Positions 1-8,122 are shown, numbered from the stretch's first letter. The stretch is 64,000 bases of DNA from a virus (IMGVR_UViG_3300030419_003648:1-64000), one strand, 5' to 3'. Made by a program: numbers and translations. Notes: generated from the letters alone by a model not told the origin.

Positions 1-192
1 ATGCCTGAATACAGAGCAAAGATTAGAAATAAAAAAGGAAGAGCAAAGACTAGAGTAGTAAAAATATTTGCTGGTTGTTATTCTGACGCAGAATCAGAAG
101 CTCAAAGAGAAGCAAAACGTGGAGAGTATGTATACTCTTTAGACAATGTAAATTTTCCAAAAGATAAATTCAAAGTACTAAGCAGAGGATAG
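1..192 (+). CDS. hypothetical small basic protein
   Basis: 63-aa ORF, stop 1 nt before next start. Confidence 0.55.
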   Translation: MPEYRAKIRNKKGRAKTRVVKIFAGCYSDAESEAQREAKRGEYVYSLDNVNFPKDKFKVLSRG

Positions 193-193
193 A

Positions 194-688
194 ATGACTC
201 AATATAGATTTCAATGTTGTGGTCAAATTGCAACACACAAGCAATGCACTCAAAATCCATGTCCTTTTTGTGGTAAACAAAATCCTATCTGTGAAGAGGT
301 TGACAAAGAAGATATGGTCTTTCCCACAGTTTCTGGTTTTTCAGGTGATAAAAAGCACGAAGAAAGAGCTTGGGGTTCATTTGATGTTTTATTAGATGAA
401 GAGGGCATAAAGGTTAAGAGGATTATAGTTAAGTCTGGTGAACGACTTAGTTTACAGTTACACACAAAGAGAGAAGAGAAATGGTTCATTGTTGAAGGCT
501 TTGGGACTGTCCAAGTCGGGAGTGATGAGTTTGATTTAGAAGCTGGCGACAGCATCACTATTAGAAAATACGAAGTACATAGAGTTAGAAACTCTGGATT
601 GATTGATCTGGTGATTGTAGAAATACAAACTGGTGACTGTCAAGAAGATGACATCATTAGATTACAAGATGATTATGGAAGAGAATAG
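194..688 (+). CDS. mannose-6-phosphate isomerase type II C-terminal cupin with N-terminal Cys-rich (Zn-ribbon-like) extension
   Basis: RAWGSF, KVKRIIVKSGERLSLQLH..REEKW, HRVRN, EIQTG..EDDIIRLQDDYGR match the ManC/PMI cupin; N-terminus CCG..C..CPFC..C. Confidence 0.85.
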   Translation: MTQYRFQCCGQIATHKQCTQNPCPFCGKQNPICEEVDKEDMVFPTVSGFSGDKKHEERAWGSFDVLLDEEGIKVKRIIVKSGERLSLQLHTKREEKWFIVEGFGTVQVGSDEFDLEAGDSITIRKYEVHRVRNSGLIDLVIVEIQTGDCQEDDIIRLQDDYGRE

Positions 689-741
689 ACTGGTTTTGTT
701 TACATTTAACGTGCAAACATCCTGATACTTTCACCAGTCTA
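686..741. other. stem-loop (putative structured RNA element)
   Basis: TAGACTGGT (686-694) / ACCAGTCTA (733-741), inner TGTTTACAT / GTGCAAACA. Confidence 0.45.
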
Positions 742-742
742 A

Positions 743-848
743 GCTAGATAGCAAGCCGCTGGTGACCCTTTGAGACTATTCATTACTTTACTTACGCAAA
801 GCATGAAACTTCTCTGTTCGGAGGTGAACCAAAGGCGAACTATCTAGC
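743..848. ncRNA. putative ~106-nt rod-shaped non-coding RNA, family unknown
   Basis: GCTAGATAG/CTATCTAGC closing stem, then GCC/GGC, TGGT/ACCA, CCTTTGA/TCGGAGG, TTCAT/ATGAA, CTTT/AAAG; no ORF; ends 3 nt before tRNA-Glu. Confidence 0.5.
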
Positions 849-851
849 AAT

Positions 852-924
852 GCCCCGTTCGTCTAGTGGACTAGGACATCGGCTTTTCACGCCGAAGACA
901 GGAGTTCGATTCTCCTACGGGGTA
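852..924 (+). tRNA. tRNA-Glu(TTC), CCA not encoded
   Basis: acceptor GCCCCGT/ACGGGGT, anticodon arm TCGGC-TTTTCAC-GCCGA, T-loop GTTCGATTC. Confidence 0.95.
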
Positions 925-943
925 CTTATTGTAAAAAATTGAT

Positions 944-1022
944 GTAAACCATTGCAAACAAAGGACTTAGAGTAATTGCATTTTGCTCATTAACGTAAGT
1001 CCTTATATATCAAACACTTACG
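944..1022. repeat. two 27-bp imperfect palindromic sites (consensus GTAAGTnnTTG-N5-CAAnnACTTAC)
   Basis: GTAAACCATTGCAAACAAAGGACTTAG (944-970) and GTAAGTCCTTATATATCAAACACTTAC (995-1021). Confidence 0.55.
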
Positions 1023-1036
1023 ACGAAAATGTACAG

Positions 1037-1510
1037 ATGAATAATTGGAAAGCATACTTTGAAGAGCAGAAACTAAGAGACTCTCTGAAGAAAGAGAACA
1101 CTAAGAGGAATATCAAATACCTTTTGGTTGCTATTGCCTCTATCCTTTTGGTTTCTTTACTTGCGGCAGTAGTTGGCTCACCATCTTTAGCAAAGATAAT
1201 CTTTGGAAGTCTATTTGCTTTACTTGGTATAGCTGCGGCAATAGCTCATGTTGTTTGTTACTACTGGGTAATTGCGGCTGTGTTTCAAGATGAAGGAGTT
1301 AGTGGAGGACTTACCTTCTTATTCCTTTGCGGCATAACTTGCTACTTATATTATATATATTACGCATTTGTAAATTGCACTCCTTTACTTGCTGTATTGA
1401 GTAGCTTCGGAGCTTTACTTGCTAAGTCATTAGCGGCGGCGGCAGTCTACACTTACACTGGTGGTGCTTTCACTATACCGTTGTTTGGCTTTCAGGTGAT
1501 TCCTGTATAG
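1037..1510 (+). CDS. multi-pass membrane protein
   Basis: 4-5 hydrophobic segments; ATG 1037 preferred over TTG 983, which lies within the repeat region. Confidence 0.7.
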   Translation: MNNWKAYFEEQKLRDSLKKENTKRNIKYLLVAIASILLVSLLAAVVGSPSLAKIIFGSLFALLGIAAAIAHVVCYYWVIAAVFQDEGVSGGLTFLFLCGITCYLYYIYYAFVNCTPLLAVLSSFGALLAKSLAAAAVYTYTGGAFTIPLFGFQVIPV

Positions 1511-1517
1511 AAACTAT

Positions 1518-1591
1518 GGGCTTGTAGCTCAGTTGGTTAGAGCAGGGGACTCATAATCCCTTTGTCGTAGGTTCGAGTCCTACCAAGCCTA
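1518..1591 (+). tRNA. tRNA with CAT anticodon, most likely tRNA-Ile2 (lysidine type); CCA not encoded
   Basis: GGGCTTG/CAAGCCT acceptor, TAGCTCAGTTGGTTAGAGC D-arm, GGGGA-CTCATAA-TCCCT arm resembling ileX-type tRNAs; no initiator features. Confidence 0.9.
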
Positions 1592-1613
1592 CTACCTTTA
1601 ATGGAGAGATAAG

Positions 1614-1943
1614 ATGTATAAATTTTTGAACTATGTAAACAGAAAGTGGAATAATACTGTATTTTTATTTCACGACATTGCTACAAAGACAAGGGTTGGA
1701 TGGCTAGTTAAGCTAAGTATATGGGCGCATGACCGAATGTTTTGGGAGTTGCCAGAAAAAATGCAACTCATAGATGGAGTTCCTGTTAGCGAACTCAGAC
1801 TGCAAAGGGAATTAGAGTTAGCTAACCATCAAATCAAATACTGGGTGGACTATGCTACTGAATTGCAAACTTCATTGTTTGAAATAACGGAAGAGATTGA
1901 AAAGTCAAAAGAAGAAAATCTTGTACCAGTAACTACTGATTAA
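1614..1943 (+). CDS. hypothetical protein with C-terminal coiled coil
   Basis: 109-aa ORF, GGAG RBS upstream. Confidence 0.65.
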   Translation: MYKFLNYVNRKWNNTVFLFHDIATKTRVGWLVKLSIWAHDRMFWELPEKMQLIDGVPVSELRLQRELELANHQIKYWVDYATELQTSLFEITEEIEKSKEENLVPVTTD

Positions 1944-1955
1944 GCGAGCTTTAAT

Positions 1956-2654
1956 ATGAACTATCTATTTGACGTAGACGGAACATTAACAGATGCGCGA
2001 AAGCCAATCGTTAAAGAATTCAAGGATTACTTTGGTAAATGGATTACTTTTCAGAGATCGAAAGGTAACAAAGTATATTTAGTAACTGGATCAGATAGAG
2101 ACAAAACAGTAGAACAAATAGGCGTTGACCTCTGGAGGCATGTTGACGGAGCTTACCAGAACTGTGGAAATGTATACTATGAACATGGCAAGCTGATTCG
2201 TCAGTCTACTTGGCAAATGCCTGTTGATCTACATTATGAGATATTAACAGAAATAGAGAAAAGTAAATGGTACGGAAAAGCCGATAACAATATAGAAGAA
2301 AGAATTGGCATGGTGAACATGTCAACTCTTGGTCGATCTGCTAGTGCCGTTTTGAGGAGAGAATATTACAAATGGGACAACACCAGAGGAGAGCGAAAAG
2401 AAATTGTTGAGTCGCTCTCTGGTAAGTTTCCCGATCTCGATTTTTCTATTGGGGGCGAGATAAGTATAGACATTTACCCAAAGGGTATGGACAAGGCTCA
2501 AGCTATTAATGATATGGATGGTGCATGTATGTTTTTTGGCGACAGATGCGAAAAGGGTGGAAACGATCATTCCATAGCTATAAATTGTTCTGAGTACCAC
2601 AATGTAAACGGATGGAAAGAAACGTATGAAATACTTACTTACTTGCTGCGATAG
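1956..2654 (+). CDS. eukaryote-type phosphomannomutase (HAD IIB, PMM family)
   Basis: FDVDGTLT, VTGSD, IEERIGMVN..GR, SIGGEISIDIYPKGMDK, FFGDRCEKGGND. Confidence 0.88.
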   Translation: MNYLFDVDGTLTDARKPIVKEFKDYFGKWITFQRSKGNKVYLVTGSDRDKTVEQIGVDLWRHVDGAYQNCGNVYYEHGKLIRQSTWQMPVDLHYEILTEIEKSKWYGKADNNIEERIGMVNMSTLGRSASAVLRREYYKWDNTRGERKEIVESLSGKFPDLDFSIGGEISIDIYPKGMDKAQAINDMDGACMFFGDRCEKGGNDHSIAINCSEYHNVNGWKETYEILTYLLR

Positions 2655-3063
2655 AATCGTAGACGTTGACAATAAACCAAAGTGGTGCATCAAATGTGGT
2701 CGTCATGACATGGAAGTTATTGACTGGAACACTACAAAACTAACTTCATTCAAAGACGAGTTAGGCAAAGAAATCTACGCCGTAGACACACCCAATGGAA
2801 TTAGGTATTATTCAGATGAAGTTTACCTGAATCAGCTTATCTTTGCAGATGCGGTGACAGACTTTGAATCGTTAGAAGCTGTTTGTAAAAATCACAAATG
2901 GATAAAGAGTATGAGAGACATGATTGAATGGGACTCAGAGATGGGAGAATACTTCTTCTGGGATGAAGCAGCTCAAAAAAGAGGCTGGTGGAAAACAAAA
3001 GAAGATGCCGCTGAAGCGTTTATTGAATACTGTAGAAAAGATTTAGAATTTGGTGATGAGTAA
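2626..3063 (+). CDS. hypothetical protein with N-terminal Zn-ribbon-like motif
   Basis: CC..CIKC; overlaps neighbours. Confidence 0.6.
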   Translation: MKYLLTCCDRIVDVDNKPKWCIKCGRHDMEVIDWNTTKLTSFKDELGKEIYAVDTPNGIRYYSDEVYLNQLIFADAVTDFESLEAVCKNHKWIKSMRDMIEWDSEMGEYFFWDEAAQKRGWWKTKEDAAEAFIEYCRKDLEFGDE

Positions 3064-3503
3064 TGAAAGTAATAGTTATATCAGGTTATTTTAACCCAAT
3101 ACACAGAGGTCATATTGATTACATTGCCTCAGCCAGAAATTTAGGAGATTTCCTAGTTGTCATTGTTAATAATGACGAGCAGGTAAAGATAAAAGGCTCA
3201 ACTCCTTTTATGGATCAAGATGAAAGACTTGAAATAGTAAGAAACATCAAAGGTGTGGATCGTGCTGTTATTTCTATAGATGAAGACGGAACTGTATGTC
3301 AAACCATTAGGCAGGAATATTATAGACTTACTGATGACCCCTTCTTTACCGCTATGGCATTTGCCAATGGTGGAGACAGGAAGGAAGGTGGTGTACCAGA
3401 AGATGTCCTTGAGGAGGAGATTGGGGTAAGGATGATATACAATGTCGGCGGTGGCAAACTACAGTCCTCAAGCGACCTCCTAAAAAATGTAAAAAAATCC
3501 TAA
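3063..3503 (+). CDS. cytidylyltransferase-like nucleotidyltransferase (HxGH family)
   Basis: SGYFNPIHRGH, VIVNND, ERLEIV, FANGGDR, KLQSSS. Confidence 0.88.
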   Translation: MKVIVISGYFNPIHRGHIDYIASARNLGDFLVVIVNNDEQVKIKGSTPFMDQDERLEIVRNIKGVDRAVISIDEDGTVCQTIRQEYYRLTDDPFFTAMAFANGGDRKEGGVPEDVLEEEIGVRMIYNVGGGKLQSSSDLLKNVKKS

Positions 3504-3540
3504 AACTTTGAAAAAAAAGTCTTCTTGTATTGTTTTCTTT

Positions 3541-3593
3541 TGTTAATATTACCTATGTGCCAACTGGCACAATCGAACGTGCCAACTGGCACA
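3541..3593 (+). promoter_or_regulatory. extended -10 (TGTTAATAT) followed by two palindromic operator-like sites
   Basis: GTGCCAACTGGCACA at 3557-3571 and 3579-3593, 22 bp apart. Confidence 0.55.
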
Positions 3594-3623
3594 GTCTGGT
3601 AAAGATATAAAGGTAAACAAATC

Positions 3624-3848
3624 ATGGAAAAGTGGTTAAGGACAAAGGCACTTACCGTTTTAGTTGAGCTTTCTAATAATACAACCAATGGCGTAGAAGC
3701 ATTGGAAGAGTTTGCAAAGTATACTGGGAGAAAAGACTCTCAAGATATGCTTTATTATTTGTTTAAGACTGTTGCAGATCATGTAAGATATGTAACACAG
3801 AATCCTGATATTGAGGACGATATAAATGAAATTCGCTATCATATATAA
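3624..3848 (+). CDS. hypothetical protein
   Basis: 74-aa ORF, AAGGT RBS. Confidence 0.6.
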   Translation: MEKWLRTKALTVLVELSNNTTNGVEALEEFAKYTGRKDSQDMLYYLFKTVADHVRYVTQNPDIEDDINEIRYHI

Positions 3849-4206
3849 CGACGGTAATCTGAATTACAAAGACTTTGGTTCTGAGTGTCGTGACGAAGGA
3901 TGGCTTCCAGTAACTGTACTTCGTGACAAGGCAAGCACTGATATATACGTCCCAATATTTACTAATTCAAATACTGCTCATAATTTTATGAAGCGTAATT
4001 TTAATACAAAAGAAGTCCAAAGCGGAATACTATTGCTTTGTGATGAAGATATAGCAAACATGGAAGATAGAGGTTGGAAAATGATGCCACTTAGATTTCC
4101 AAGAAGGTTTGCTGAAGGACATCCAGAATACGAGTTGGATGTTGAAGTTTTAGAGTTAGACGAATCACCAGAATTAAAAAGTTATAATTCGCCTAATGTA
4201 CTATAG
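3826..4206 (+). CDS. hypothetical protein
   Basis: 126-aa ORF, GAGGA RBS. Confidence 0.65.
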   Translation: MKFAIIYNDGNLNYKDFGSECRDEGWLPVTVLRDKASTDIYVPIFTNSNTAHNFMKRNFNTKEVQSGILLLCDEDIANMEDRGWKMMPLRFPRRFAEGHPEYELDVEVLELDESPELKSYNSPNVL

Positions 4207-4372
4207 ATTGTATAGACTCTTAGAAGATTGTTATTCCTTTAGCGTATGGGACAAGGAAGGAAATATGCTAACATTAAGTGTCGGTAAAAAGAAAACAATT
4301 CTTGATGCCGCAAAAGATCTGAATATAGATATTACACGGGAGATGAAGAATGTTAGTGCAGGATCATTTTAA
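4196..4372 (+). CDS. small hypothetical protein (58 aa)
   Basis: hand-translated MYYRLYRLLEDCYSFSVWDK...; fills the gap, overlapping both neighbours. Confidence 0.45.
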   Translation: MYYRLYRLLEDCYSFSVWDKEGNMLTLSVGKKKTILDAAKDLNIDITREMKNVSAGSF

Positions 4373-4472
4373 GAAAATGTTAGTTACTATTGGCTGGTTC
4401 AGTACAGGTGCTTTTATTGTTTCAACATCTGTAATGACATACAAGGGTCTTATAAGTTTATTAGCAGGTTAG
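4350..4472 (+). CDS. small single-pass membrane peptide (40 aa)
   Basis: hand-translated MLVQDHFKKMLVTIGWFSTGAFIV...; GGGAG upstream. Confidence 0.4.
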   Translation: MLVQDHFKKMLVTIGWFSTGAFIVSTSVMTYKGLISLLAG

Positions 4473-4473
4473 T

Positions 4474-4773
4474 ATGCACGAATATAGAGCCAAGCTAATC
4501 CGGTGTGTTGATGGTGACACGGCAATATTTTTAGTTGACTGTGGGTTTCATATACACCATGAGATTACTACTAGGCTTGTTGGTGTCAATACACCTGAAA
4601 GAGGAAAGCCGGATTTCAAGAAAGCAACCGCAATGCTTGAAAACTTAATAGCTACCAATCAAGACAAGGATGGATGGATTGTTATTAAGACCGGAAAGAC
4701 TGGCAAGTACGGTAGATGGTTAGTTGATATAGAAGGTGTCAACAAGGTTTTAGCTGAGAAGTGGCCTTACTAG
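4474..4773 (+). CDS. thermonuclease (SNase-like)
   Basis: VDGDT, RLVGVNTPE, GKYGRWL. Confidence 0.85.
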   Translation: MHEYRAKLIRCVDGDTAIFLVDCGFHIHHEITTRLVGVNTPERGKPDFKKATAMLENLIATNQDKDGWIVIKTGKTGKYGRWLVDIEGVNKVLAEKWPY

Positions 4774-5012
4774 TGCTATCAATACACCAACTATTAATTT
4801 TACTAGAAGACAAGATACCAAAAGATAGTTTGGTATTAGCAGTAGAGTCTTTGGTAAAGAAGGGATTTTTGGAACAATATACAGATGAACATGGAGATTT
4901 TACTTTTGCCGTAACGGAGTCCGGTAATAGAATGTCTCAACTATTAGAAGAGAATCCAGAACTCTTCTATGAACAACTGATGGAAGATCTGGAAGAGGAA
5001 GATAATGAGTAG
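4761..5012 (+). CDS. small acidic protein, possible winged-helix
   Basis: LVKKGFLE...FAVTESG wing-like pattern. Confidence 0.45.
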   Translation: MALLVLSIHQLLILLEDKIPKDSLVLAVESLVKKGFLEQYTDEHGDFTFAVTESGNRMSQLLEENPELFYEQLMEDLEEEDNE

Positions 5013-5169
5013 TGACGATGAAAAGATGCTCACTGAAAGACTCTTGATCTTATCTCAACAAACTGACGCAGTAGAGTCTTATATTGACGAGGATGGCGAG
5101 CTAGTATTTGAAATAGATTACGATGAGTTCGTCAAGATGATCGAAAACTGGGGAAAAGAAAATGAGTGA
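5005..5169 (+). CDS. small acidic hypothetical protein (54 aa)
   Basis: hand-translated MSSDDEKMLTERLL...; GAGG RBS. Confidence 0.5.
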   Translation: MSSDDEKMLTERLLILSQQTDAVESYIDEDGELVFEIDYDEFVKMIENWGKENE

Positions 5170-5261
5170 CTTTCCTGACTGGGAAACCATAGGTAAAGTT
5201 TGTGTTGGTATTTTCTTTTTGCGGATGGTTATAAACCTGACTCTAGGAAAGAAACTTAAAG

Positions 5262-5600
5262 ATGAACAACGAACCATATAGAGAGTTCGATGTCAGAAAG
5301 TTTACTGACTACAAACAGGAAATAAACAGAAACAAAGGTGTTGCCAATATTTGGGCAGACAAAAAGATTCGCCATAGGGAAGAGTACATGAAAGCGAGAG
5401 TTGAAAAACTCAAGGAGCTTTATGAACAGTGCGAACCCGAATGTGTGTATAGGTGGGAACTTCCAGAGGGAGAGACAGACGGAAGAAAGGCTTATAAAGT
5501 CGAAACGATAATTGGGGATGATATAAGTCCATTTGACCTACCCAACTTTGAAGAGTTAATGCCTAAAGAGATTGATTATGTAGAGAGGTACATAGAGTAA
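5262..5600 (+). CDS. hypothetical protein
   Basis: 112-aa ORF. Confidence 0.6.
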   Translation: MNNEPYREFDVRKFTDYKQEINRNKGVANIWADKKIRHREEYMKARVEKLKELYEQCEPECVYRWELPEGETDGRKAYKVETIIGDDISPFDLPNFEELMPKEIDYVERYIE

Positions 5601-5824
5601 TGCCAGACTATGAAATAGTATATGAACCCAATGATTGTCATTGGATAGTTGTCAAAAGCGATGATTTGGATGGCAAAGAAGAAAACATTATGAGGTTTGT
5701 CAATCGAGATCAGGCCGAAGAGTGGTTAGAACAACGCTTAGAGAGTTAAAAAAAAGAGTTGTTTTTTTGCCGAAATCAAAAAATAAATAGTTGAACCCCA
5801 CCTTGTTTTGTTAAGATTGTACCT

Positions 5825-6169
5825 ATGAAAACTAAATCAAAACCTGAACAAACCCCTTCCCGAAAAAGACGACAACCTACAGACGCTCAGTCTAAAAACA
5901 AAAAGTTTGAGCGATATGTATCTGAACAGGTAATGGAAAAACTAGGTGAAGTTGAAGGTTTCAATTCAATAAGATCAAGCAATGTCTTTGATAATAATTG
6001 GAGGGTTGATGTATTTTGCGTTTTTGAATCTGCAACAGAACTATCTGTTTTCAAGGACACAAAAATAGATTACAGTTTTTTCGTTCGGACTGACGATTCT
6101 GGTGTTATAATAAAGTCTGACCCAGAAATAGTTTCTTCAAACAAGTTCGGAAAAGGAAGTATATTATGA
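5825..6169 (+). CDS. hypothetical protein
   Basis: 114-aa ORF just after extended -10 TGTTAAGAT (5809-5817); possibly leaderless. Confidence 0.6.
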   Translation: MKTKSKPEQTPSRKRRQPTDAQSKNKKFERYVSEQVMEKLGEVEGFNSIRSSNVFDNNWRVDVFCVFESATELSVFKDTKIDYSFFVRTDDSGVIIKSDPEIVSSNKFGKGSIL

Positions 6170-6486
6170 ACGAGATTCAGTTTTTACTCGCCCTACAAAA
6201 AACAAAGAAATCCTACAAGTGGCACATCAACGGAAACAAGATTCGTGGTAAAGCCAGAAATGGAAGAGATAGAGGAGAAATCTTCGACCCGATTACAGCA
6301 GTTTCTAGGTACACAGGAAATGGTACATATGATACTACAAAACGTAGTCGGCAGAGAGCTGGTAGGTCATTAGGCATTAGTACCACCCTAACTAACACGA
6401 TTGTGGGTGCTTCTGATGCTAACAAGAATAGAGGTAGCGACCAAGTATTGCGAGGTCGCATTAAAGAAATACTAGATTTGAAATAG
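6166..6486 (+). CDS. basic hypothetical protein
   Basis: 106-aa K/R-rich ORF, ATGA overlap. Confidence 0.65.
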   Translation: MNEIQFLLALQKTKKSYKWHINGNKIRGKARNGRDRGEIFDPITAVSRYTGNGTYDTTKRSRQRAGRSLGISTTLTNTIVGASDANKNRGSDQVLRGRIKEILDLK

Positions 6487-6525
6487 CCAAGTTTTTTAGA
6501 TTTTTCATGTAGAAAGGAAGATAAG

Positions 6526-6891
6526 ATGGCTGCTTTTAATAAGAGTGTATTGGTTGGTAATCTTACCAATGACCCAGAATGTTCACAAGTAGGCGAGAAG
6601 AAGATTACTAAATGTAATTTTCGTATTGCTGTGAATAACCCCCGAAATAAAGAAGAAGTTCTTTATATGAATGTAGCTGTTTGGGGTAAGCCTGCTGAGT
6701 CATGCAATACCTATTTACAGAAGGGTAGTTCGGTTTTGGTCGAGGGTCGTATTCGCCAAGCTAAACTAGAAAATGGTTCGTATTGGACTGAAGTAGTTGC
6801 TGATACTGTTCAGTTCTTAGGTAAGACTAAGAAAGCTAATTCAGCAGAAATCCAAACTGAATCAATTACCGATGACGATGTTGCATTTTAA
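6526..6891 (+). CDS. ssb: single-stranded DNA-binding protein
   Basis: NKSVLVGNLTNDPE, FRIAVN, VWGKPAE, YLQKGSSVLVEGRI, acidic tip DDDVAF. Confidence 0.92.
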   Translation: MAAFNKSVLVGNLTNDPECSQVGEKKITKCNFRIAVNNPRNKEEVLYMNVAVWGKPAESCNTYLQKGSSVLVEGRIRQAKLENGSYWTEVVADTVQFLGKTKKANSAEIQTESITDDDVAF

Positions 6892-6909
6892 TGTAAAAAG
6901 GATTTTGAT

Positions 6910-7458
6910 ATGAATACTAGTAAGTATTTTTTCGGTTTTGTTTTGCTTACAGTTCTCAATGTAGGCATTTTGCAGCAATGGCAAATTTCCAAACTGAATA
7001 ATCAGTTGGAGCTTTCTGACATGAGAGCTAAAGTTAATGCTGAATTTGCTGATGAACTACTTTGGTTGCAGATCAATGATGTTCAACAGCTAACTGAAGA
7101 CTCTTTGATTGCTCAAGGTCGTTTAGAAGGATTAGTAAACTATTTTGCTACTCCTGAAGATGATCGTAATCAAATTGATAATCTCTGGCATGAAGGATAC
7201 ATGCGTGGTCTATCACAGACTGAGTGGGAATTTGATGTCATTTCGGAAAACAATTACAATCGTGGATACAAAGATGCGATTGAAAAGGCTTTCCCTGATG
7301 GAAAATATCCACAGTACGTTAATTATCCTCCAAGAGAAGTGAGTGGTGGTGCCATTAAGACTCCAGAGTTTGATACCAAGCTCGACAGTCTTAAAGACAA
7401 CACTGAAGTTGTTGACCAGCTTAATGATAAAATTAAGCAGATCAAGAACGAACAATAA
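6910..7458 (+). CDS. N-terminally membrane-anchored hypothetical protein
   Basis: hydrophobic N-terminus, coiled coil, two GY..G motifs. Confidence 0.65.
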   Translation: MNTSKYFFGFVLLTVLNVGILQQWQISKLNNQLELSDMRAKVNAEFADELLWLQINDVQQLTEDSLIAQGRLEGLVNYFATPEDDRNQIDNLWHEGYMRGLSQTEWEFDVISENNYNRGYKDAIEKAFPDGKYPQYVNYPPREVSGGAIKTPEFDTKLDSLKDNTEVVDQLNDKIKQIKNEQ

Positions 7459-7475
7459 CTGTTAGTTGTTGTTAT

Positions 7476-7515
7476 AATAGCGGTGTAGGCTTCGGCTTGC
7501 ATCGCTATTTTTTTT
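7476..7515 (+). terminator. rho-independent terminator
   Basis: ATAGCGGTGTAGGC-TTCG-GCTTGCATCGCTAT followed by a T run. Confidence 0.88.
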
Positions 7516-7574
7516 GACCATTGCCCATTTATAGACCTATTGGCTATATCTGTACAGGGTGGGCAATGGTTTTT
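7516..7574 (+). other. long-stem, large-loop hairpin followed by T run (second terminator or small RNA)
   Basis: ACCATTGCCCATTT / GGGTGGGCAATGGT. Confidence 0.5.
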
Positions 7575-7578
7575 ATAC

Positions 7579-7588
7579 TGTGTATAAT
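7579..7588 (+). promoter_or_regulatory. extended -10 promoter of tmRNA (TGTGTATAAT)
   Basis: TATAAT at 7583-7588, 6 nt before the tmRNA 5' end. Confidence 0.7.
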
Positions 7589-7594
7589 ATATTA

Positions 7595-7933
7595 GGGGGT
7601 GAAATGGTTTCGACTGGTTGTTAAAATGATAGTTGCATTGAGTAGTTGAACGAAGGGCTACTTAAAAAATCGTTCAAACTTTTTAAGTGCAGAAAAGAAT
7701 TTCTCACTAGCCGCCTAGTGCGGCAGGGGTATCACAGCCCTGTAAACCAAATAGTGATGACTCAGATAATTCTGATAGAGATTATGTACTCGAATTAAAT
7801 ACATATGATTGCAGTAAACTGCCTGACTCCGATAATCGGATAACTTTGTTTGTTGTGTGATTACAATAAACTAACAATGTAGATACTATCACAGAGGCAA
7901 TACAGGACGCGGGTTCAACTCCCGCCACCTCCA
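7595..7933 (+). ncRNA. ssrA: tmRNA, tag (A)AEKNFSLAA
   Basis: 5' GGGGGTGAAATGGTTTCGAC; 3' GACGCGGGTTCAACTCCCGCCACCTCCA with G3-U70; pk1 (GAGTAGTT/GGCTACTT, TTGAACGA/TCGTTCAA); tag ORF 7689-7718. Confidence 0.95.
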
Positions 7934-7936
7934 CTT

Positions 7937-8122
7937 ATGAGCGATTACTCTAATAAACGAAAATACAAAAAGAAGAAAGCCAAAGAACAGGCGAGAAAGA
8001 AGAAGCAGGCTAGAAGAAGCATTGCGATCAAGTCTGAAAATAGACAAAAGAAAGCCATTGAAAAAATAAAGTGGCAGAACAGGTCAAGAATTACACCAAC
8101 TAGAAGCGAAGATGGTGAATAA
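7937..8122 (+). CDS. very basic 61-aa protein between tmRNA and tRNA-Arg
   Basis: K/R-rich ORF exactly filling the gap. Confidence 0.55.
   Translation: MSDYSNKRKYKKKKAKEQARKKKQARRSIAIKSENRQKKAIEKIKWQNRSRITPTRSEDGE

Noticed and set aside
743-848. SRP RNA, 6S RNA or 5S rRNA identity
   Set aside because: No SRP core, no central bubble; only a short CCGAAC..AGAAGT resemblance to 5S on the minus strand
3557-3593. Possible CRISPR mini-array or sigma54 promoter
   Set aside because: Only two 15-bp units with a 7-bp gap; TGGCAC is not followed by TTGC at -12
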